From an uncultured Chloroflexia bacterium (GTDB lineage: Bacteria; Chloroflexota; Limnocylindria; Limnocylindrales; CSP1-4): a DNA stretch of 64,000 nucleotides. Positions within the stretch are counted from its first letter, which is position 1, and each line of letters begins with the position of its first letter. Below the pieces are notes generated by a model. That model had not been told where the DNA came from. It saw nothing but the letters and a program-made list of their open reading frames with translations, and ran no database searches. A program made the translations under genes and the position numbers. Positions 17,277 through 24,744 of this stretch are shown here, piece by piece. Where the stretch lies: assembly GCA_963713975.1 (NCBI GenBank), contig OY970218.1, positions 1,024,001 through 1,088,000 on the forward strand, written 5' to 3'.

Positions 17277-17501
17277 GTGAAGCAGGCCGAGGAAGCCCAG
17301 TTCGTGGATCTGATCGCTTGCGAACGGGACTGCCGGTCATGCAGTTATGCCGCGGCACTCGACTGTGACGGCAACTGCGGCGTCTGCACCCACAACTCCT
17401 ACTGCCCCTGTGTGAACCCCGTCGTCGCCCGGAGCAAGACCGCCCTACGGCTGATCGAGCTCCGTCCGATCCTGCTCCAGGACCTCCGGGTTCGCGCCTG
17501 A
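17277..17501 (+). CDS. 74-aa Cys-rich hypothetical protein (8 Cys, two CxxxCxxC motifs)
   Basis: GAGGAG SD, GTG start and high GC3; its TGA overlaps the prfB ATG (TGATG). Confidence 0.7.
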   Translation: MKQAEEAQFVDLIACERDCRSCSYAAALDCDGNCGVCTHNSYCPCVNPVVARSKTALRLIELRPILLQDLRVRA

Positions 17502-18623
17502 TGGACGCCGCGTCCATCCGCGACCTGGCCGAGCGGATCCGGTCGACCTCGGGGCGTCTTTGACCTAGCCGCCAAGGACATCCGCGTCGCGGAGCTTGAC
17601 GCCCGCGCCATCGAGCCCGGCTTCTGGGACGACCAGCGAGCCGCCCAGAAGGTCGTCCGGGAGGCCGAGGGCCTGCGCGATGAGATCACGCTCTGGCGAT
17701 CCCTGGAGAAGCGCGCCGACGACCTCGTCGAGCTGGTCGACCTGCTCGCGGACAGCCCCGACCCGGACACCGAGCGGGACGTCGAGCGCGAGGCAGACAC
17801 GCTGCGTGCCGAGTTCGAGCGGGAACGCACGCTGCTGCTGTTCTCCGGCGACTACGACGCGAAGAACGCCGTCCTGACGATCAGCGCCGGCGCCGGTGGC
17901 ACCGAGGCCACGGACTGGGCCGAGATGCTCCTGCGGATGTACCTGCGCTGGGCGGAGCGCCACCGCTTCAAGACCGACATCGTGGACTCGCAGGAAGGTG
18001 AGCAGGCGGGGATCAAGAGCGCGACCGTGACCGTGACCGGCCGCTTCGCCTATGGATGGCTGCGCCCGGAGCGCGGCGTGCACCGCCTGGTCCGGATCAG
18101 CCCCTACGACGGCCAGAAGCGGCGCCAGACGACGTTCGCCCTGATCGAGGTGATGCCCGAGGCGGACGAGGACGTGGCCATCGAGCTCAACTGGGACGAG
18201 ATCCGCACGGACACCTTCCGCTCGTCCGGCGCCGGCGGCCAGCACGTGCAGAAGACCGAGTCCGCCATCCGGCTGACGCATGTCCCGACCGGCATCGTGG
18301 TCTCGTGCCAGAACGAGCGATCCGCCACCCAGAACCGCGAGATCGCGATCCGCGTCCTCAAGTCCCGGCTGCTCGAGCTGGAGCTGGAGAAGCGCGAGGA
18401 GGAGCTGCGCAAGTTGCGCGGGGAGCACGTGACGGCGGGCTGGGGCAACCAGATCCGGTCCTACGTCCTGCACCCGTACCAGATGGTGAAGGACCTCCGG
18501 TCCGGGCATGAGACCTCGAACACCGGGGCCGTCCTGGACGGCGACCTGGACCCGTTCATGCAGGCGGAGCTGGAGCGCCTTGCCACCGGACGGCCGCCGT
18601 CCGCGGACGCCGACGACGAGTAG
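17501..18623 (+). CDS. prfB: Peptide chain release factor 2, with programmed +1 frameshift
   Basis: MDAASIRDLAERIRSTSGRL, then CTT-TGA-C, continuing DLAAK...FWDD...GAGGTEA...RISPYD...GAGGQHV...WGNQIRSY. Confidence 0.96.
17551..17564 (+). promoter_or_regulatory. RF2 autoregulatory +1 frameshift site (GGGG-CGT-CTT-TGA-C)
   Basis: Canonical internal SD, 3-nt spacer and CTT TGA C. Confidence 0.95.
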
Positions 18624-18627
18624 GCTC

Positions 18628-19620
18628 GTGGCCGTCGCCGATCGCCCGGCGTACCGGCCCGGCCGCGAAGCGGACCTGGACGGCTGCGTCCGCACCTGGC
18701 GCCTTGCGACGGAGGACTACCTGGTCCGGCTGGGGCAACCGCCGCTGCCCGAGGACACCGCACCCCTGCGCCGGATTCTGGCCCACTCGATGGCAACCGA
18801 CCCGGACCGCTTCTGGGTGGCCACCCTGGACAACGAGGTGGCCGGCTTCTCGTCCGCAACCGTCCGCGAGGGCCTCTGGTTCCTGGCCATGCTGTTCGTC
18901 CGGCCGGACCTCCAGGCGCGCGGCGTGGGCAGGGCGTTGATGGACCGCGCCCAGGCGGGACGCGACGTGGATCCGGGAGGCCCTGCCGTCCCCGGCCCCG
19001 ACGATGCCTTCGACACGGGCATCCACACCTGGGGCATGGCCGCGGATTCGGTCCAGCCGATCTCCAACGCGCTCTACGCCAGGCGCGGGATGGTGCCCAG
19101 GATCCCCGTCTGGCGGCTGCTGGGCGAGGTCAGGCGGTGGTCCGCGCTCCCGCAGCTTCCCCGGTCCCTGGAGGTCGTGCGGCTCGATGGCCCGGCCCCC
19201 GGGAGCGGGGACGGCTGGCAGCCGCAGGACGACGTCGTCGACGAGCTGGATCGCGAGGTGGTGGGATCAGCGCATCGGGTCGATCACGAGTACCTGCGGC
19301 GTGACGGACGCACCGGGTTCCTGGTACGGGATCGCGGCAGCGGACGAGCCGTCGGGTACGCGTACGGGTCGGGGGGCGGGCGCATGGGCCCGATCGCCGC
19401 GGTCGACCCCGATCTGCACCCGGTGCTGGCCGGCGTTGCGATCCGCGAGACGCCGGCCCTCGGCACCGTGGCGCTGTGGGTCCCGGGCCCTGCCGATCGG
19501 ATGACCCGCGCATTGCTCGACGCGGGCCTGCGTTTCGACGGGTTCCCGGGCCTCATCTGCTGGTCACGCCCGGATCACCCGTTCGATCGCTACCTGCCGA
19601 TCTCCCTGGCCCTGATCTGA
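18628..19620 (+). CDS. GNAT family N-acetyltransferase
   Basis: LFVRPDLQARGVGRALM acetyl-CoA motif; tandem GNAT layout. Confidence 0.85.
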   Translation: MAVADRPAYRPGREADLDGCVRTWRLATEDYLVRLGQPPLPEDTAPLRRILAHSMATDPDRFWVATLDNEVAGFSSATVREGLWFLAMLFVRPDLQARGVGRALMDRAQAGRDVDPGGPAVPGPDDAFDTGIHTWGMAADSVQPISNALYARRGMVPRIPVWRLLGEVRRWSALPQLPRSLEVVRLDGPAPGSGDGWQPQDDVVDELDREVVGSAHRVDHEYLRRDGRTGFLVRDRGSGRAVGYAYGSGGGRMGPIAAVDPDLHPVLAGVAIRETPALGTVALWVPGPADRMTRALLDAGLRFDGFPGLICWSRPDHPFDRYLPISLALI

Positions 19621-19721
19621 CCGGCAGGATCAACGGGGCGGTGCTAGCCTCGGGGGAACGTGGCTCCCTCGACCGTGCCCTCGGACGGAGTCGTCAGCCC
19701 GATCCGCCCTCGAGCGAACGC

Positions 19722-20504
19722 ATGACCGTCCAAGGCCCGTCCCCGTCCCCAGCGCCGCCCCCGTCCCTGCTCGACCGCCTGACCGGCCGCGTGCACCGAC
19801 CCCGGCAGGAGCACGCCGTCGTCGTGCTCCACGACGTCACCATGCGCTATCCCAACGGCCGCGAGGCGCTCAAGGACGTGGACCTGGTGGTCCCGGAGGG
19901 CGACTTCGTGTTCCTGGTCGGCCCGTCGGGAGCCGGCAAGTCCACCCTCATGAAGCTCCTGATCCGCGACGAGCTGGCGACGCGCGGCGACGTGGTGATC
20001 GATGGCTATGATCTCGCCCGGATCAAGCGCCGTCAGGTCCCCAGGATCCGGCGCAAGATCGGGATCGTGTTCCAGGACTTCAAGCTCCTGCCGCGCAAGT
20101 CGGTCTGGGAGAACGTCGCCTTCGCTCTGGAGGTGACCGGCACGCCACGCCGCCAGATCCGGCCGGCCGTGGACCGCGTCCTGGCGCTGGTGGGCCTCAC
20201 GGACCAGGCGGACCAGATCCCCACCCAGCTCTCGGGTGGCGAGCAGCAGCGGACCGCGATCGCGCGCGCGCTTGTCCACGACCCGCGGATCATCATCGCG
20301 GACGAGCCCACCGGGAACCTCGACCCGGTGATCAGCTGGGAGATCATCCAGCTCCTCCTGCGGATCAACGAGCTCGGGGTCACGATCCTGATGGCCAGCC
20401 ACGACGCCGAGGTCGTCACGGCCATGCGCAAGCGCGTCGTCGCCCTCGAGGACGGCCGGATCATCCGCGATGAGCTCGGCGCCACCTACCACCGGGAGGA
20501 CTAG
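19722..20504 (+). CDS. ftsE: Cell division ABC ATPase FtsE
   Basis: GPSGAGKST, IVFQDFKLL, LSGGEQQR, ADEPTGNLD; adjacent to ftsX. Confidence 0.95.
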   Translation: MTVQGPSPSPAPPPSLLDRLTGRVHRPRQEHAVVVLHDVTMRYPNGREALKDVDLVVPEGDFVFLVGPSGAGKSTLMKLLIRDELATRGDVVIDGYDLARIKRRQVPRIRRKIGIVFQDFKLLPRKSVWENVAFALEVTGTPRRQIRPAVDRVLALVGLTDQADQIPTQLSGGEQQRTAIARALVHDPRIIIADEPTGNLDPVISWEIIQLLLRINELGVTILMASHDAEVVTAMRKRVVALEDGRIIRDELGATYHRED

Positions 20505-20510
20505 CGGGAC

Positions 20511-21395
20511 GTGATCCCCTTCGTCCTCTTCTCCATGCGGCGTGCCTGGCAGGGGTTCTGGCGCAACGCGCTGATGAGCCTCGCGGCGACGCTGACGATG
20601 GTCCTCATGCTGCTGCTGCTCTCCGGCTTCTTCATGCTCCAGACCGTGCTCCTGGCCAGCCTCTCCTTCGTCGAGGAGAAGGTGGAGGTCGTGGCCTACA
20701 TCGAGACCACGGCGACCCAGAACCAGGTGGACGACCTCGTCGCCAGGATCGGCGCGATGCCGGAGACCTCGTCCGTGGAGTACATCACGCGTGAGGAGGC
20801 ACTGGTCCGATTCCGTGCGGCGCAGGAGGCACAGGGCCGCGAGGACCTCACGAAGTACCTCGAGGCCAACCCGCTGTACGCCAGCGTCAACGTCAAGCTG
20901 ACCAGTCCGAGGGACCTGGACGTCGTGGCCACGGCCCTCCGCGAGGATCCGCTCGTGCGGAACGTCCTCAACATCGATGCCCTGGTGGATCGCGTCGTGA
21001 CGGTGACCAGCTTCGTCCGCACGGCCGGGGTGGCGATGGTGGCGATCGTCGGCGTCATCGTGCTGTTCATCATCGTCAACACGATCCGGCTGGCCGTCGT
21101 GGCGCGCGCGGAGGAGATCGAGATCATGCGGCTCGTGGGGGCATCCGACGCCTTCATCCGCTGGCCGTTCGTGTTCGAGGGCGCGCTCGTCGGGCTGCTC
21201 GGTGCGCTCATCACGCTGGCGCTCCTGGCGATCGCCGCCGATCCGCTGTCACAGGCGATGGTGGGCTTCTTCAACGTGCTGCCACTCCACCTGGGCTCAC
21301 TGGCCCGCGACACGGCCACGATCGTGCTGGCGACGGGGCTGGGGCTCGGCGTGCTGGGGTCGTTCGTGTCGGTGCGGACCTACCTGATCCGGTAG
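20511..21395 (+). CDS. ftsX: Cell division permease FtsX
   Basis: NTIRL...EIEIMRLVGA...FIRWPFVFEG; 4 TM helices. Confidence 0.95.
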   Translation: MIPFVLFSMRRAWQGFWRNALMSLAATLTMVLMLLLLSGFFMLQTVLLASLSFVEEKVEVVAYIETTATQNQVDDLVARIGAMPETSSVEYITREEALVRFRAAQEAQGREDLTKYLEANPLYASVNVKLTSPRDLDVVATALREDPLVRNVLNIDALVDRVVTVTSFVRTAGVAMVAIVGVIVLFIIVNTIRLAVVARAEEIEIMRLVGASDAFIRWPFVFEGALVGLLGALITLALLAIAADPLSQAMVGFFNVLPLHLGSLARDTATIVLATGLGLGVLGSFVSVRTYLIR

Positions 21396-21494
21396 GTCTG
21401 GGGCACCCGTCGGTCGCGGGGCACCCTTCGGCATCCGGCGGTACCCTGTCGACCCGCGCCGGACGGCGCGCCGAACCCGCTCGAGAGCATCGCG

Positions 21495-22880
21495 ATGTCC
21501 CCCGATCCCACACCCGCCGGGGAGCCCGCCGACACGACCCCGGTCGAGCCCGTGCCCGAGCCCGCTCCTGTGCCGACCCTTCTCGCCGAAGGAGGCGCCT
21601 CCCCCACGCCATCACGTCCGGGCCGGCGCACCGGCGTCGCGATCGTGGCCGGCGCCATCATCGCCGTGCTGGCGGGCGGCGCCCTGTTCTTCTCCGGCCT
21701 GACCCTTGGCCGCCAGGCGGCGCTCACGCCGGGCACCCCGGTGAGCGAGGCGGAGGCGTTCCAGCCGTTCTGGGACACCTACCGGGCCGTGACCGAGCGC
21801 TACGCCGGCGGCGAGGTGGACCGCAAGGCGGTGATCGAGGGCGCGATCAAGGGCATGATCGACGCCCTCGGCGATCCGTATTCCCGCTATCTCACGTCCG
21901 ACGAGTTCAAGGCCAGCCTGGAGGGGATCTCCGGGGAGTTCACGGGGATCGGGGCAACCATCGGGACCGTGGACGCCACCGGCGCCACGTCATCCTGCAC
22001 GGACCTGTCCCCTGACTGCCGGATGGTCATCGTGGCCCCGATCAAGGGCTCGCCCGCGGACAAGGCCGGCCTGCGCCCGGGCGACGCGATCACGGCGATC
22101 GACGGCGTGACCGTGGACGGCCAGCCCCTGGACGAGGCCCGGATGAAGGTCCGCGGCCCCAAGGGGGTACCGGTGGTGCTCACGATCGAGCGCGACGGCG
22201 CGACGCCCATCCAGATCGAGGTGGTGCGGGACGTGATCGTCACGCCGGATGTCGAGACCCGGGACCTCGCTGACGGAACGGTTGGCTACATCCGGCTGTC
22301 CGGCTTCTCCGATCACGGTGCAGAGGAGTTCGACCAGGCGGTCGTCGGCAACGTCAAGGCCGGGCGGACGAAGCTGATCCTGGACCTGCGCGGCAACCCG
22401 GGCGGGTTCGTGACCGCGGCCCGCGACATCGCGGGCCAGTTCCTGGCCGACGGCACGATCTTCTGGCAGGAGGACGCGGACGGGAACCTGGTCCAGACGG
22501 TCGCGACGCCTGGTGGTGCGGCCACCGACCCGGCGATTCGGCTGGCGGTGCTCGTCGACGGCGGGACGGCATCGGCGTCGGAGATCGTGGCCAGTGCCCT
22601 CCAGGACCGCGGGCGTGCGGTGCTGGTCGGGTCCACGACGTTTGGCAAGGGCACCGTCCAGCAGTGGACCCAGCTCGAAGACGACACCGGCGGCTTCCGG
22701 CTCACGATCGCCAAGTGGCTGACGCCCGACAAGACCTGGATCCACGGCAAGGGGATCACCCCGGACGTCGTCGTGGACGCCCAGCCGGCGAAGCCCGGCG
22801 ACGACCCGGTCCTGGACGCCGCGCTCGAGAAGCTGGGCGCTGCGACGACCGGCGCCTCGGGCCCCCGCGCGACGGCCTGA
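21495..22880 (+). CDS. S41 family C-terminal processing protease (CtpA-like)
   Basis: LGDPYS, PDZ domain, LDLRGNPGG, TASASEI, TFGKGTVQ. Confidence 0.93.
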   Translation: MSPDPTPAGEPADTTPVEPVPEPAPVPTLLAEGGASPTPSRPGRRTGVAIVAGAIIAVLAGGALFFSGLTLGRQAALTPGTPVSEAEAFQPFWDTYRAVTERYAGGEVDRKAVIEGAIKGMIDALGDPYSRYLTSDEFKASLEGISGEFTGIGATIGTVDATGATSSCTDLSPDCRMVIVAPIKGSPADKAGLRPGDAITAIDGVTVDGQPLDEARMKVRGPKGVPVVLTIERDGATPIQIEVVRDVIVTPDVETRDLADGTVGYIRLSGFSDHGAEEFDQAVVGNVKAGRTKLILDLRGNPGGFVTAARDIAGQFLADGTIFWQEDADGNLVQTVATPGGAATDPAIRLAVLVDGGTASASEIVASALQDRGRAVLVGSTTFGKGTVQQWTQLEDDTGGFRLTIAKWLTPDKTWIHGKGITPDVVVDAQPAKPGDDPVLDAALEKLGAATTGASGPRATA

Positions 22881-22924
22881 GCGCGAACTCGCCTGCGTCC
22901 GAGGTGGCCTCGGCAACTCGGTGC

Positions 22925-22953
22925 TTGCGCGGCTCCGCAGGATCGGGTACGGT
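22925..22953 (+). promoter_or_regulatory. Putative sigma70-type promoter (TTGCGC-N17-TACGGT)
   Basis: -35 at 22925-22930 and -10 at 22948-22953 with an exact 17-bp spacer, just before a structured RNA. Confidence 0.6.
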
Positions 22954-22982
22954 CGCTTGCGAACGAAAGGAGGTGATGTGCA

Positions 22983-23033
22983 GTGATCGACAGTAGTAGT
23001 TGCTGCACCACCTCGTTGGAGATCGCCGCCTAG
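22983..23033 (+). CDS. Putative 16-aa peptide MIDSSSCCTTSLEIAA
   Basis: Perfect SD at 22966-22976, GTG 9 nt after GGAGG, TAG stop; too short for the ORF track. Confidence 0.5.
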   Translation: MIDSSSCCTTSLEIAA

Positions 23034-23062
23034 TTGCGATCCCGACGGGTGGTCGGTAGCAA

Positions 23063-23096
23063 ATGAACGCCGGTCCGGCAACGGGCCGGCGTTCGT
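23063..23096 (+). terminator. Strong hairpin with GCAA tetraloop; possible terminator/attenuator
   Basis: ATGAACGCCGGTCCG-GCAA-CGGGCCGGCGTTCGT: 15 bp including 2 G-U pairs; no clear U tract. Confidence 0.55.
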
Positions 23097-23172
23097 GCGT
23101 CCGGGCCACGGGGTCGCGCGTGCGACACTTGCGGCCATTCCCGGCAGCCGTTTCCTCGAGAGGAGTTCCGCC

Positions 23173-23631
23173 ATGGGCGACACGATCGCCCAGAACCGAC
23201 GAGCACACCACGACTACAGCATCGAGGACACCTTCGAGGCTGGCATCGTGCTGCGTGGCACCGAGATCAAGAGCATCCGCGACCACAAGGTGAGCCTCGC
23301 GGATGCCTACGCGCGCATCGAGCGCAACGAGGCCTGGATCATCGGTCTCCATATCGCTCCCTGGGGCACGGCAGACGTCCGCTTCAACCACGAGCCCAAG
23401 CGCGCCCGGAAACTGCTGCTGCACCGCCGCGAGATCGACGAGCTGCTGGGCAAGAGCAAGGCCAAGGGCCTGACGATCGTCCCGCTCCGGATCTACCTGT
23501 CGCGGGGCCGGGCCAAGGTGGAGCTGGGACTCGCCCGTGGCAAGCAGACCTGGGACCGGCGGCGCGAGATCGCGGAGCGCGATGCGAAGCGGGACATGGC
23601 GCGCCAGGTCGCCGAAGCGCGCAAACGCTAG
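23173..23631 (+). CDS. smpB: SsrA-binding protein SmpB
   Basis: IAQNRRAHHDY, EAGIVLRGTEIKS, RKLLLHRREI, RGKQTWDRR; GAGGAG SD. Confidence 0.97.
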   Translation: MGDTIAQNRRAHHDYSIEDTFEAGIVLRGTEIKSIRDHKVSLADAYARIERNEAWIIGLHIAPWGTADVRFNHEPKRARKLLLHRREIDELLGKSKAKGLTIVPLRIYLSRGRAKVELGLARGKQTWDRRREIAERDAKRDMARQVAEARKR

Positions 23632-23650
23632 CGGGACACGAGGGTCAGGG

Positions 23651-24703
23651 ATGCGGCTCGCACGAATGCTCCAGGCAGTGGACCTGCACGCGGCAGGGGA
23701 ACCCGGTCGGGTCATCGTCGGCGGTGTGCTGGACGTCCCCGGCGCGACGATGCTCGAGAAGGCGCGCCACCTGGAGCAGCACGGTGACGGCCTGCGCCGC
23801 CTGATGCTCCGCGAGCCCCGCGGCTACCCGGCCCTGTGCGCGAACCTGATCCTGCCACCCACCCACCCCGATGCCGATGCCGGGTACGTGATCATGGAGC
23901 ACGTCGAGTACCCGGGCATGTCCGGGACCAACACGATCTGCGTGGCCACCGCGCTGCTCGAGACCGGTATGCTGCCGATGACGGAGCCGGTGACCGAGAT
24001 CGTGCTCGAGGCACCGGCGGGCCTGATACGGATCCGCGCGACCTGTGCCGACGGCAAGGTCACCGGAGTGACCTTCCGCAACGTGCCGGCCTTTGCGACG
24101 CATCTCGACAGGCCCGTCGAGGTCCCGCAGCTGGGCACTGTCGTGGTGGACGTCGCCTATGGCGGCATGTTCTACGTCATCGCAGACGCCGTGGCGCTGG
24201 GGTTCAGCCTGGTGCCCGACGAGGGGCGCGACATCACGCGCGTGACAGAGATGATCAAGGCCGCCGCCGCCGAGCAGCTGCCGGTCGTCCACCCGGACCA
24301 GCCAGGGTTTGCGGGCATCACCATCGGTCAGCTGTCCGGTCCGCCCCACGATCCGCGCAACTCCTGGCGGAACGTGACCACGGTGTCCACCGGGACGCTC
24401 GACTGGTCGAAGCCGTCGACGTGGACCGGCGTCATCGACCGGTCTCCGTGCGGGACCGGCACCTGCGCCAAGATGGCCGTCCTCCATGCCAGGGAACAGC
24501 TGGGGCTGGGCGAGGACTTCCGTCACGAGGGGATCCTCGGGACGGTGTTCACGGGCCGGTTGACCGAGGAGGTGCGCGTGGGTGAGCGGACGGCTGTCGT
24601 GCCCACGATCAGCGGGACGGCGTGGATCACCGGCTTCGCGAGCTACGTGGTCGACCCCACGGACCCGTTCCCGGAGGGCTACACGGTCGGGGACATCTGG
24701 TAG
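23651..24703 (+). CDS. Proline racemase/hydroxyproline epimerase-dehydratase family protein (Ser/Cys dyad)
   Basis: HAAGEPGR, LMLREPRG, MSGTN, DRSPCGTGT. Confidence 0.9.
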   Translation: MRLARMLQAVDLHAAGEPGRVIVGGVLDVPGATMLEKARHLEQHGDGLRRLMLREPRGYPALCANLILPPTHPDADAGYVIMEHVEYPGMSGTNTICVATALLETGMLPMTEPVTEIVLEAPAGLIRIRATCADGKVTGVTFRNVPAFATHLDRPVEVPQLGTVVVDVAYGGMFYVIADAVALGFSLVPDEGRDITRVTEMIKAAAAEQLPVVHPDQPGFAGITIGQLSGPPHDPRNSWRNVTTVSTGTLDWSKPSTWTGVIDRSPCGTGTCAKMAVLHAREQLGLGEDFRHEGILGTVFTGRLTEEVRVGERTAVVPTISGTAWITGFASYVVDPTDPFPEGYTVGDIW

Positions 24704-24744
24704 GCGGGACGACGTGCCGCCGCTGCGGCGAAGGACGCCTCGCG

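Larger units (their letters stand above)
22960..23096 (+). ncRNA. Putative structured small/leader RNA upstream of smpB carrying a sORF
   Basis: Promoter, AAAGGAGGTGA SD, two mutually exclusive long stems and a 15-bp terminal hairpin. Confidence 0.55.

Noticed and set aside
17319-17411. Cys-rich ORF as a radical SAM enzyme or RiPP precursor
   Set aside because: Too short for a radical SAM barrel, and no maturase or transporter nearby.
22976-22996. Alternative sORF ATG TGC AGT GAT CGA CAG TAG (MCSDRQ)
   Set aside because: The ATG abuts the SD (2 nt after GGAGG), too close; GTG 22983 has proper spacing.
23031-23038. TAGTTGCG half-match to the sqr operator
   Set aside because: Only a half-site, inside an RNA hairpin; probably chance.
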